From Pocillopora damicornis (lineage: Eukaryota): DNA of 64,000 nt. The translations under genes and the position numbers were made by a program. The notes under the pieces were generated by a model. That model was not told the DNA's origin and did no database searches. It saw nothing but the letters and a program-made list of their open reading frames with translations. Positions 24,801 through 35,947 of this stretch are shown here, piece by piece (positions within the stretch are counted from its first letter, which is position 1; every line of letters begins with the position of its first letter). The stretch is from assembly GCF_003704095.1 (NCBI RefSeq), contig NW_020847572.1:1-64000 (forward strand), given 5' to 3'.

Positions 24801-26355
24801 ACTACAGTGGAAATAAGCTTTAACAGATGCTTTTAAGCAAGCAACCTTCAAAAACCAACCAAATTTGCTGAATTAAATGCCAGCCCCTGCCACAAATTTT
24901 TTAGCATTCCAGATACAACAGTTAGTCATAATGTTAGTCACTGCGAATAATAACTTACAGTAAATGATTTGTAAATAAAACACAAAAAAAAAACCTTTTT
25001 ATACTATCTGTGTCTGACTTTTTGCTGAGATAGAAGCATAAATGTCTGATTGACCATATTTACAACAAGAATGGTGTAGATTACTGATTTGAGCTGTAAA
25101 TACAAGAGATACTGGAAATTTTCCAATCATGATCCACCCGTAGATGCTGCAATCCACCAACTGAGGTGGCATTCAACCATGAATAGCATTTATCAGTTAT
25201 TTTCCTTCCATTTGCAGTAACAGTAATCAAGGGTGGTATTAACTGCATTAAGTTAATTCAGGAATTAAGTTTGACAAAAGCATCAAACTTTTTCATTAAG
25301 TTCCACAGAGCAGTTAAGTGCGACAAGCTCTGCCCTGCTTCATGACTCTAGCACAACACTGATTCAGACATTGTACCCCTGTCATGCCAAGCAAAATTTA
25401 TAAATTAATTAATGCACTTCGGTGGGATTGCATTACCATTGGCTGAATTTCACACAACATTAACACAACATCTGAATCAAAGTTGTGTTTCTGCCATGCT
25501 ATAGTCAAACATTAGGTTCAGCACAGCATAAGCATGATGTCTGAACTGGGCCTTAGTCACTCAAGCTAAGTTCTCTCATTGACTCACTTGTTGTAACAGG
25601 CACCGTATTCCATTGAAATCTTCTTCATTCGGAGGAAATGCTTCAAATTCAACTGGAATCTCCTGAAAACTCAATCGGTACAATATTTTGTATATTTTGT
25701 AATATGTTTGCTATTCCTAGATCTCCTTTCCAATAATATGAAGAACACCAGTGATTTCGTATTATTACAAAATTTAGAGTATGATCTGTGCCAGCTTTTA
25801 TTTACATGTGCAACCCTTACGGAAAACATTATGAACCTATACTTCATTATGCATACACTGCTTTGCTAAAAGAAAACACCGGCAAAAATCTATTTCCTTT
25901 GAGACTAAAGCTTTGATTATTCGGATGCACTGTGACTTACGTTTGTGTAGGTAGTACTTTAATTTGTAGAAATTCATATTAAACAGACGATTTACTAAGA
26001 AATTTGTTATAGTTCTGCAACGCTTCCTAGTGGTATACCATGGAATGACACAAGTATCACTTGCATTTTCTTGTTATACGCACAAGCCTCGATCGGCAGA
26101 GAAGCAAGCCTCCATCTCCTCGATAAGCATAAGTTTGCACGTGCTTAAAAAAACCTTGGTTAGAAAGACGTCTGCGAAATAGAAATGGTCTGCTCTTACC
26201 ATGTTTTCATCAAAGCTTTCATCTGAGCCATCCGTATTTACGTCTGATGAGGAATCTTCGTCAGAATCTTCATCGCTTTCTTCTTGCCTTCTTTTCTCGC
26301 CCTTTTGCAAAGACTTTTCCCCGACGTCGTCCGAATCCGAAGAGGAATCCGCCAT
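21899..26355 (-). CDS. BCCIP: BRCA2- and CDKN1A-interacting protein (BCCIP/Bcp1); middle exon(s) lost in gap 23393-23492
   Basis: Exons 26200-26355 (acidic N-terminus), 25588-25662 (EIPVEFEAFPPNEEDFNGIRCLLQQ), 24665-24745 (LFLK...LSDLIISQ), 24228-24350 (DGVFGLTTVIDL), [gap], 23349-23376, 22665-22817 (YFVMICKTY...FINVEDEVF), 21899-22072 (GRW...KPYRTVLVLP, stop TAG). Confidence 0.93.
23501..23534 (-). ncRNA. Minimal hammerhead ribozyme motif in a BCCIP intron
   Basis: Minus strand GCT-CTGATGA-AG-GGC-TAAT-GCT-G-GAAA-CG-TC-AGC: intact CUGAUGA and GAAA boxes, GUC cleavage triplet, 3-bp stem I, G-G mismatch at the base of stem II. Confidence 0.65.
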
Positions 26356-26556
26356 CTTGAAGGAGACAACAGATGTGCTTAACATGAAGTAGTCTGTTTA
26401 AAAAATAAATAAAATTTAACAATTAAAAAAAAAGAGTCTCGACCCATTCCTCCTGCGCTTAGAAAAAACAAAATGGCGGAGTGACAGTAGGGTGAGCAAG
26501 CAAGTTTGTCATGTTTTTGCAGGCAATTCTTGGGAATTTTGGAAAATATAGTGGAC

Positions 26557-29500
26557 ATGACAACTGAAAGTGTTGCAGAAAGCTCGCTCCTTGGGCTGTC
26601 AAGAGGTAAAATGAGCTAAATTCTTGCAGTTTAGAATTGGCTAGTAACTAACAATAGTACTAATGCGATCTCATATCTGTTTAACTCAGTACGATATTTT
26701 TCCTGTATTTTTGCATTAGTTACAACAGTTAATGATGAAGAATATACTTCTCATTATTGGCCGAAACTGAAAAGTGCGATTTTGTTAATTTTACAACAAA
26801 ATCCTGGAGAATTTATTCCGATTTCGTATGAAGAAATGTACAGGTAAGTGTACGTTTGGCGTAGATATACAGAAACATTCATTAACAATATTTGCGTAAG
26901 CTTAAACCTATATTTAAATGCTTTAGGACTAATTTTCCTCCTTGTGTTATTCGCCATAGTAATTGCAACGACGCGATGACGACTAAAACATTCGCCTTGT
27001 TACAATTTGACCAAATAAAAGTTGACTTGGAAATTCTCTGAAATGATCGAGTATTTGTTTTACTCTCAGCATCCCTTAATTTTCCTATCTACAGTCATTT
27101 TCCTTCCTAACAGTCCATGTAGACTCTAGGGATTCAGTTAAGCATAAATCTTCACGCTAGTGGGCAGCGACTACATTTCTTGAGGAAAATCCTGTATGCT
27201 TGAGCTCTGCAAGCTGTTTCAATGAGAAGGCTACTTTCTCAAGTTCACTTTTCTTGCGTGATTATCTTCTCAGCACTGTATATAAATGTGTATGCCAGCA
27301 GTACTCTGATAGAATGTACAACAATCTGATGGAACTTGTGACTTCCTATCTCAGACGTGTTGCTGAAGAACTGCAGGTATGCTTAGTACTGTTAGTTATG
27401 GTTGACTGGTCAGGAAATACAACAGATCTTTTTATTGTATGTTTTTATCAACATAACCCTTTTAATTACCCCTAGGAGTGACCAGCAGCTAATTTCTCTT
27501 CTCAGTATCCCTGCAGAATCCTTTGTTAAGGTCTTGAGAATAATAGAAATGAACACTAAGTAATGAAGTTCTTGATTATTAGACAAATTCTCCTTGTCAG
27601 CACCATGGGAAATGTAACCAGAGAGTTGTATGGAGAATTTACACACTAACATCAGGGTGTAAAGGGTTACCTTTTTTTTTTTTGAACCTGATCATGCAAA
27701 ACAGATAAGAATACTCTCATGGTTTTGAGCAAACTGACCAACAAAATATTTTCTTTACAGTTAGTCAATGTGTTGTCATCATTATGTGTTCCATATCATT
27801 GGAATTCCCAAGAACTGTTCTTCACTCAAGAAGGGCCATTTTTTTAAGCTTGTTGTTAAGATTTATTTTGCTTGTTGAAATTGCCAGGTAACCCCAGCAG
27901 AAGCTTATCTTGAGAAGTTTAATTTTGCAATGGCACAGTTCTTCCAAGCAGTTAGTGGAATAGTAGCCATCTTTAGTTACATGGTGAGATCCATTCATAC
28001 AGCAAAAATGAACAATTTATTACTTCTGGGAGAGAAACTTTGCTTGCATAAATAATGAGGAATATTTACTATCAATAATATTTTGATTATTTATAATATT
28101 ATCTTCAAATTATTGATGATAGTTATTACAACTGCTTAAGTCTTTGAAGTGATCCACCTATAAGTTCCCCCCACAATTGTAATATGTTAAATAGAATTAA
28201 AAAAATTTACAAACTTGTTAGCTGGAGAAAGTTCCCTTGACTTAGAAATGTAAAATCTAAATTTCCCACATTAGAAACTACATTGAAGCAGTTGGGGAGA
28301 ATTAATGTACTGATATTAGGAATAAAAGGGGCAAGATTGACGTTGTAAGATTTCAATTTTGCAAAATTCTCCCTAGACCTTTAAATCTTTGGCTTGTGGA
28401 AGAATTCTACAAAACACAGTTATGGAAAAAGAAGCAAAACCACTAAAGTCGTGCATGGAAAGAAATGACTGTCTAGTGGAAAGATTGCAAAAAAAGCACA
28501 AGAGTACTATGGAACAAAATGGAAACCAATTAAATCATAGACAGCAAGAAATTACTTTTATTGTAATCTTTCTTTTTTCTTATAGAACCGATTTTATGTG
28601 TCACCAAAACTTCATACTGATTTGAAAGCAGAATTGTGGAAAGTCTTCACAGAACTTGTAGCTGACAATCCACTCCTGTTCAGTAAGTCAACCAATTTTT
28701 CCATGTTGAAAATTTACCACTATTTGATCTGTACTGTCAAGGTGTGAAAAAGTATCTGGTTTCTTTTTCACAAAGAACAAAAATTAATCATGTGAAGGGG
28801 GCTAGAAAATGACCAACCAATTAACAAACTATTGAAAGACTTCAGACCAATTAACTGACTGGTTGACATACTGATCGGATGACTGACTGGTGGACTAAAT
28901 ACTGACTGGCTCCATGGCTGGCCGACTGACTTATTGACTGATGAACTGACTGACTGACTGATGGACTGAACATTGACTGACCAACTGACTGGCAGACTGA
29001 CTGACTGACTGACTGACTGGCCGACAGACTACATGTAGCTGGCTGGCTGATTGACTGACTGATTGGCTGACTGATGAACTGAAGACTGACTGACTTGCTG
29101 ATCTTCTAAATAACTTGCTGGCTCACTGATTTACTGATAGTCCAAGACATTGATGGACTGACTAACTGATGAACTAAACACTGACTGATTGACTGACTGA
29201 CTGATCAACTTATTTGACTGACTGATAAATTGCATACATTTAAAACTGCCTTTGTGCTAATAATCCAACATAATGTAGGTGAAGTTCTCTCTAAAGGATC
29301 TGTTTCCTCTTAGGAGTGATTGATGAGGTTTCATCCAAGCCATTTGGCGTCAACCCACAGATAATGATGTCCATAATTAAAGGACTTTATTCACTCAAAC
29401 CAGGTTTGTATATTACTCACTTGAATTCCCCATCTCCGATTGATTTCATGCAGAGATATAACATAATCCTTTTTGCAGAGTTTTCTGAACGCAATCCAAT

Positions 29501-30543
29501 GCTCTTCGCCCGATTTATTCCCAACATTTTACCACCAACACAATGTGACCAGCTACCAAGTCTAATTCAAGAGGACCGCTTGTTACAGGAGGACCTGGTG
29601 ACGAGCCAGGGCTTTTCAAGGTAAGAGGTGTTTTGTGTAGCGTGACGTAAGTTGTCCAAGATTGTTTTGGTTTGCGTGACTGAGCCTTGTGATTGGGTTA
29701 GAAAAGTGGAGTCACTTCTCAACCAATCAGATTCTAAACTAAAAACCAGTCGCGACTGACACGATTTCTTCTCTGTCGTTTCCCGCCTTTTTAAGCTGGT
29801 TTCGTGTAAATGCTTTTTGTTCTTATTGGTTTCTTGCAATAGCTATCTTTGTTTTGAGAGGGAGTCCTGACTACTTTAACTTTGGTTTGAGATATTCATC
29901 GGAAAGTGCTCCAAACAGCAAGCTTTTCTACACAGATTCTAATTTGTCTTGTTTTCCTGTAACCAACTGAGTTTTTTCCCTGGCAAATTCCTTTTCCTTT
30001 ACCCAAAGGAGTATAGCAGTGTAAGGATTCAAGAACCGTAATTGACGTGTCTTTGACGAGTTTTTTCAAGCCAGTGAACTACTCATGAAATCTATTCCTT
30101 AGCATGAAGCGCTTTTCATTTGAGAGTTAAAGTGCAATTTTCAATTGAGGGTCGAGAGTGATAAAGGATTGCTTTGGTTTTACCCTACTTCGCTCTGTGA
30201 TTGGTCAAGAAAACTCGTGCCACTTTCTCAACCAATCAGATGCAGAACCAAAACTAACTGCAACTTGGTCGCCGGCGTTTTTCCCGCGCTTTAGGTAGTT
30301 TAGTTGTCTTTACTTTGAGTTCTCGTTGGCTCTTAAAGGTATTTTCCTTTCTTCTGATTGGCTGCTGTGATTACTTTGTTTCGGGTTTTACGACAGTCAA
30401 TCGTAAAACGCTCTGAAGTAAAACTCAATACAGTTCCAGATTACTTGTGACACTCACGTTGAAATGACTTTAATATTATTCCTTTCCAATCCAGAGAGGA
30501 CACGGGGAAGAAAAGAAGAGGAGAAGATTTCCAAGGCAGATAA
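26557..30543 (+). CDS. CACUL1: CDK2-associated and cullin domain-containing protein 1
   Basis: Exons 26557-26605, 26720-26843 (YWPKLKSAI...PGEFIPISYEEMYS), 27274-27376 (VYKCVCQQYSDRMY), 27888-27983, 28586-28682 (NRFYVSPKL), 29314-29403 (PFGVNPQIMMSIIKGLYSLKP), 29479-29620 (LFARFIPNILPP), 30495-30543 (stop TAA). Phases are consistent; the start codon is the least certain part. Confidence 0.93.
27453..27670. mobile_element. piggyBac-type MITE (TTAA/CCCT termini), degenerate copy
   Basis: ATAACCCTTTT...GTAAAGGGTTAC ends; the body resembles the copies at 38379 and 42155. Confidence 0.65.
28850..29225. repeat. Degenerate (ACTG)n microsatellite in a CACUL1 intron
   Basis: Long runs of GACTGACTGACT interspersed with variants. 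Confidence 0.9.
30133..30414. mobile_element. High-copy ~280-bp MITE family (CCAATCAGA-containing)
   Basis: Ends TTTTCAATTGAGGGTCG / CGACAGTCAATCGTAAAA; core TGATTGG...AAAACTCGCGCC...AACCAATCAGA. Related copies at ~8650-8905, 11150-11325, 14404-14880, 29630-29912, 48865-49150 and 59340-59460. Confidence 0.75.
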
Positions 30544-32709
30544 GAAACGTCAAAACGCCATACTCTATTTTTAAATCTATTGCAACTATATTGTGGAAGT
30601 AATTAAATTTCGAGGAAAGCGTGAAAGCCCAACGAACAAGAAGAGGCAACCAACCGACCGGTTCCGAAAGCAATTTAGCGAAAAGGACATCTCAATTTGG
30701 CTATACCTCAGCGTAAACGGAAGCACAGTGGTTCTGCACCAAATCCTTCTTCCTTCACTTATCGGGTTCTTTTCAGTTCGCCAGAAGTCAAGGACGGCTC
30801 ACTATTCTTTTGTATTTCTGGAAACACAAGGAATTCTTAAATGTGGAAATTTTATGTTAGCTTAAGGCACCTTCAGGGGCACCAATCTGTTTATTTTACT
30901 CCTTAGAGGAAAAAACCCCACTTTATTTTTACATGGGAGTATCCCATGGCTTTTGAATATGTGCCTAGTGTTGCAGACTGCATAAAGAAGTTCATTTCTG
31001 TTGACAATATTGAGGTGAAGGTAAATTCTGATCTTCAGTGGTAGAGTAGGCAATGTAATCCGTAATGAAGACATCCATTTGTCAATTGAAACCTAGAAGT
31101 GAATCCACATATCAATATTCTCGCAATTAAAAAGTATTTTGTGTCATAGCCTTACGTTTTGAAGGAATTTATTTTCCTTTAAATGCTAAGTAACACACCC
31201 CGTAAGCCTCAAGCTAGCGTTGCAGACGTATTGTTTGTGATTGAAGGCCTCCATCCTGGATCTCAAAGCAGAGGCAGAGTCAAACCTGGTGGTAGTCTCG
31301 TTTGCCAACCTTGTTTGGTTTCGTCGCGAAATAATAATATCAATTTTCCCCCCCCCTCTCATAGAACTTCGGCATCCCAGGTTAAAAGACTTCAACACTC
31401 CGTTTATTACCAGAACCACTGACAACTGTCTACTCATTAGCGACGACCTCTAAGATGAATCATCATCAATTTTTTCTCTGTGTATTCATCAGAGACAACC
31501 TCTAAGATGAATCGTATAGCTTGAGGGACAAGCATCAATTTTTTTTCCTCTTTAAATTGCTACTCTAAGGCGGGCGTGCGATGTAAGCGCGTGGCTAAGA
31601 AGAGAAGAAGAGCGCTCCCTCAGTTGTGCGTGTCTCGCCTCCCGATTGCTTCACGCTTGCCCCCTGCTAGTTACGCGCCTAAAAACACGACAACAAAATT
31701 GAAGCCTGGTCCGTAGACTGTTAATCGTCTTGGATCGTGGGTTACCAATGATAGCGAGAGACGTCGTTACCGCCATAAACACTACAGGTGTTGTGGAGGA
31801 AATATTTCTGTAGAGTACCTAACAGTTAGATTAACCGCGTTACATTCTGTAATTTAAAAAAGTATTTTCCATCCACTTTCCGAATTCTTTCTCGCACAAT
31901 GAGGGAACTGCACAACATGTTCTTCACTCACAATGTAATTTTCAAAATAGCTTTAATTCACTGTTGTTGAGTTTGTGTTAAATATACAGTATTTAGCGCA
32001 TTGAGAGTATCTAAATTTTACCGTCTCAAATGAAGGTTTTGAAATGTTTCTTTAGGGCTGTATTTTCCCTTTCATATCGTAGCAATTGTTGAGGCAATTA
32101 ACAGTCTTTTTACACGCGGTTAGTACGTTCACTGACTGTCTATGGTCTTTGAGATAATCGTCTAGATCGCGAGAGATATAAAACTGAGCAACGATGGCTT
32201 TTACGCCCCGCATTAGGTCTCGCGCCCTTGATTCGTACTTTCCCGTTTAACTACTAAAACAGGTCGCTGATGCCTGATTATTGTATAAAAAGAGAAGAAA
32301 TCATGACAACAAGTTACCTCACAAAACTCTATGAACGTTTGAACCAACTATGCCTTGTAATGCACTCTATTCTGTAGTAACCGGTCTTGTCCCAAGCACC
32401 TGGTATGTGCGTAAGCGGTCGATAGCGTTGAAAGCGTGTTCTGATTGGATACTCAAACTACAAATATCCTTTACTGATTCACCTCTGAGCAACGCCTGCG
32501 GGATTTGCGGAAATATTGTCATCGTAGGAGGAATAGATGAATTAAAATCATATTTTTGTTCTTTATTACCTCGCTGGTTTAGTATGTACTAGAACAGTTC
32601 AGCAAAGTGGAGCTGGCTGGCGGTAATCATTTACCTCGCTTCTTCGCAGCTCATTAAATATTCACTATTAGCCACTTCATTTCGGTAAAGAGTTGTAAAA
32701 TACTTTAGC

Positions 32710-34233
32710 TCAGCTTGTTGGTCTTCGTACTGTCCGCATCGGTTTCTGCGCGCTTAGCATAAATTGAAAGAAAACTAAATCCCTGTACGAGTCGGGAAAG
32801 ATAACAGGCGCTATCAATGTCCAGATATAGATGAACGTGCTGAAAATAGCAGCAGAGAGTCGAATCCATACCGCTCCCCATCCGCAGACTAACTTGACAC
32901 TAAAATGTTGAGCCTCTTCTGGCCGGTACCAGCTAGTTAATGTCATCATGGAATAGAGAGCGGCTAAACAAAAAAGCACTTGGAAAAATGAGTAACTGTA
33001 GGCCACGCCGTCACGCTCATCATCAAATACGCAACCCCCTTCCTCGAAAACGTCGACACGCACTCTAGTGTCCTCTCTATCGGGTACCTCGTGAGTTTCG
33101 TGTGTTTGCTTGCGTGTAACGTGTCCTTGTTGTAGTTTGCCGTACTGCGGAGCGCGAACATCGCGTAAACAGGCGTAGATTAACACAAAGAACATGAATC
33201 CTAAACTTAACAATATTTGAATGTTACTAAATGGAGTTCCAGGGAAGAGATAGTCACGTGATGGGTTACAAACTTCATCAGGTTCATTTGACAATGCTAA
33301 CCACGTGATGAAGGTATTGTAAGAGGTGGCGACCGCTGCTTGAAGGAGTCCCGAACGCGGGCGCGCATCTTGAACGACAGGATTAACAGAAATGTAAGTG
33401 GCAGCAACACAGAGATAAACATTAAACGTTATAAAAAACATGTTATTATGACAGCCAGGCGCCCATGCGTAGAGAATATAGAAGGAGATGATTGAAATAA
33501 TGGAGATTGCGTAAAGTGTTATGGTTGGTATCCACAGAACCATATACCATAAGTTCAGCTGTGTGTAAGATGTAGAGGCTTCGAGTCTCTCTACACAGCT
33601 GGCATTCCACGAGTGTACAAAGTCAATTAACAGCACAAATTGCAAAATTATAAAAGCAAAGCCTCCGTTTAAGCCAAAGAATGTCCATACTTCGCCAGTG
33701 TATTCCGAATGCGGTATAAGCAGAAATAAAAACGTTAGTAACGATAAAACTAAAATCTTGACTCCCCAAAAGCCATTGTTGATCCGTGCTCGGCTGTCAC
33801 GACTCGATAACACGCCATATGAAGCCAAGCTCTGGACAAAATAAAAGATGGCTAACATGAAAAGAACTCTGTACACGGACGCGTAACTAAGTAATGTGTC
33901 ACAGAAAAAGTAGGAGACAGTTTGGCAAAATTCATCGCCAAGAATGTGTCTTGTTCGCGGTGTTAGCAAAAAACAACAGAGCAAGGAAGCCCCTAACAGA
34001 AGTCCAATGTAAGACATTCGGGTGAAGATTGATCGGCGAAGGCGAACTCGAGGGCGAAAACAACGTGCACAGAAATGTAAACCACAGCACAGAACCACAT
34101 CGAGTTTATAACAGACTTCAAGTAACGCATCTACTACTCCGCGAAATCTTGGATTTTCACGAGTGTTTGTTTCGCTGGTTCTCGGGGTTTCCACAATAAC
34201 TTCATGAGTCGATGAAGTTGACGCAGTCGCCAT
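32710..34233 (-). CDS. SERINC: Serine incorporator (SERINC/TDE) family multi-pass membrane protein, single exon, 507 aa from the first ATG
   Basis: Family motifs RARINNGFWGVK, ILQFVLLIDFVHSWN, PRSGLLQAAV, LALSNEPD, DDERDGVAYSYSFF, LYSMMTLTSWYRP, FIYIWTLIAP; many hydrophobic segments. The ORF track starts at GTG 34248; the first ATG is at 34233. Confidence 0.93.
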   Translation of the reverse strand: MATASTSSTHEVIVETPRTSETNTRENPRFRGVVDALLEVCYKLDVVLCCGLHFCARCFRPRVRLRRSIFTRMSYIGLLLGASLLCCFLLTPRTRHILGDEFCQTVSYFFCDTLLSYASVYRVLFMLAIFYFVQSLASYGVLSSRDSRARINNGFWGVKILVLSLLTFLFLLIPHSEYTGEVWTFFGLNGGFAFIILQFVLLIDFVHSWNASCVERLEASTSYTQLNLWYMVLWIPTITLYAISIISIISFYILYAWAPGCHNNMFFITFNVYLCVAATYISVNPVVQDARPRSGLLQAAVATSYNTFITWLALSNEPDEVCNPSRDYLFPGTPFSNIQILLSLGFMFFVLIYACLRDVRAPQYGKLQQGHVTRKQTHETHEVPDREDTRVRVDVFEEGGCVFDDERDGVAYSYSFFQVLFCLAALYSMMTLTSWYRPEEAQHFSVKLVCGWGAVWIRLSAAIFSTFIYIWTLIAPVIFPDSYRDLVFFQFMLSAQKPMRTVRRPTS

Positions 34234-35947
34234 TAAATTGCCCTCCACCTTTCAGCGGTTTTTTCAACGCGTCGAATGAAAACCAATTCTTTCCTCAATT
34301 TCGTGGTTGAGAGCTTGAAGTGGAAAAAGCAATGTTGTTAGTCTTTTTTAACACGTGTCAGTGATTTAGGGAAACCTTAAATCTTTAATGTCGCATGTTC
34401 CCTTGTAGTCATTGTTTGAGATTCTTTGTTCTATCTGCGGTATCAGAAAATTACAAATATTACCCCGAGAAATTAAATTATCGCAAAAGGTCTGAAAGAA
34501 TTGAATTTAAAGGCGATAACGAAAAGGAAAGAATTGATACATTTGATGCCTACATGGCATGGTCGACATGACTTGAATTGGCTCCTTACTGATTCGTACT
34601 AAATAGCATTATCGAAACAAGATTTGATTCGCTCCATCTTGTAATCAATGTTGCTTTTTCTTCCGATGAATGGTTTTTCAAAACAATACGTCAACGGCTT
34701 AATGATTTTTCTTTGAATACTTTATGACCGAGAAATATTCTGTGCCGTCTGGAAGAATTTTAATTTATGAGATGAGCTGGCTGTTTTTTTCTGTTTGTGC
34801 GTGAGTACCTGTAATTTGTATTCTCTGCCCACAAGGATGCAAAATAGTTACTTCGCCAAAATGACTTCTACTCGCTAAAAGAAAAGACCAATTTAACCCG
34901 AGCCTGGATAAAAATAATTGTCAAATATTTTTGAAGTTAAACGGACAAGAGAGGTTTTTAATGCGTCAGTTACATTTTCGACTTATAGCTAGCTAATGCC
35001 TAGTTTTAATAATCTCCAATAAATACATAGAGCCCGAATAAAATGTCTTCCTTTTCCGAAGACACACCTATTGGACAAACAAAATTTTTCTCCAAGCGAT
35101 GTGATATTCATTCTATACGCAAACTTTGGAGAAAAAATTAAAAACATGTCATATAGTAAAGTTTGACAGAAGGAATTGCATGAATGTGTTTTTACTCCCA
35201 AAAAGCCGAATTTTCTTTAAGTTTAGTCATTGCTTCTGTGCTAGTTTTACATTCATGCAGCTTACAAGACTCAAATGTTTTATAGAACTTTCATTGGTTT
35301 CTTGGATTTGACCCTTGGTCTTACATAACAATTACGTCCTTACGGTGAACGACCGCTAGGACGAGCGTTTGAACGCGACGCTTTCTTCACTACATTTCTT
35401 TATACCCATTTAACTCCGATGATCTGATTGTTAACTCTCCCCTCTAGCTGCTACACAATTCCTTGTAAATTAGTTACAAGAAAATTGGAGTTAGATCAAG
35501 ATAACAACTTCTGCCAAGTTTGAGTATTCTTATTACCCTTTTGCTGGGTAGTGAATGGATATTATAGGGATAAGTTACATTCACTTTTGGGATAGAAAAA
35601 TAAAATATCAAAACGCCGCGAATTAAAAGGGAAAAGTCCATTCGAATTCNNNNNNNNNNNNNNNNNNNNNNNNNNNNNNNNNNNNNNNNNNNNNNNNNNN
35701 NNNNNNNNNNNNNNNNNNNNNNNNNNNNNNNNNNNNNNNNNNNNNNNNNTCAGTGGAAAAAAAAACCTTAAAATGGGGCATAGAAAAGAAGTTTCCCGAC
35801 GCGACAGCTGCAACCGCTGTTTGTCACAAGCCCTCTTCCGCTTCTTTCGAAAAGGCTTCAAGAAGACTGAGCACCACATACACTCGCAGTGCCTGCTGGG
35901 TTTTGAAACTCAGACTGACGTGGCGAGCGCCAGGCATACAAAGAAAG

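Noticed and set aside
31183-31453. Overlapping 70-83-aa ORFs on both strands between CACUL1 and SERINC
   Set aside because: No recognisable domain or splice context; possibly decayed repeat or UTR sequence.
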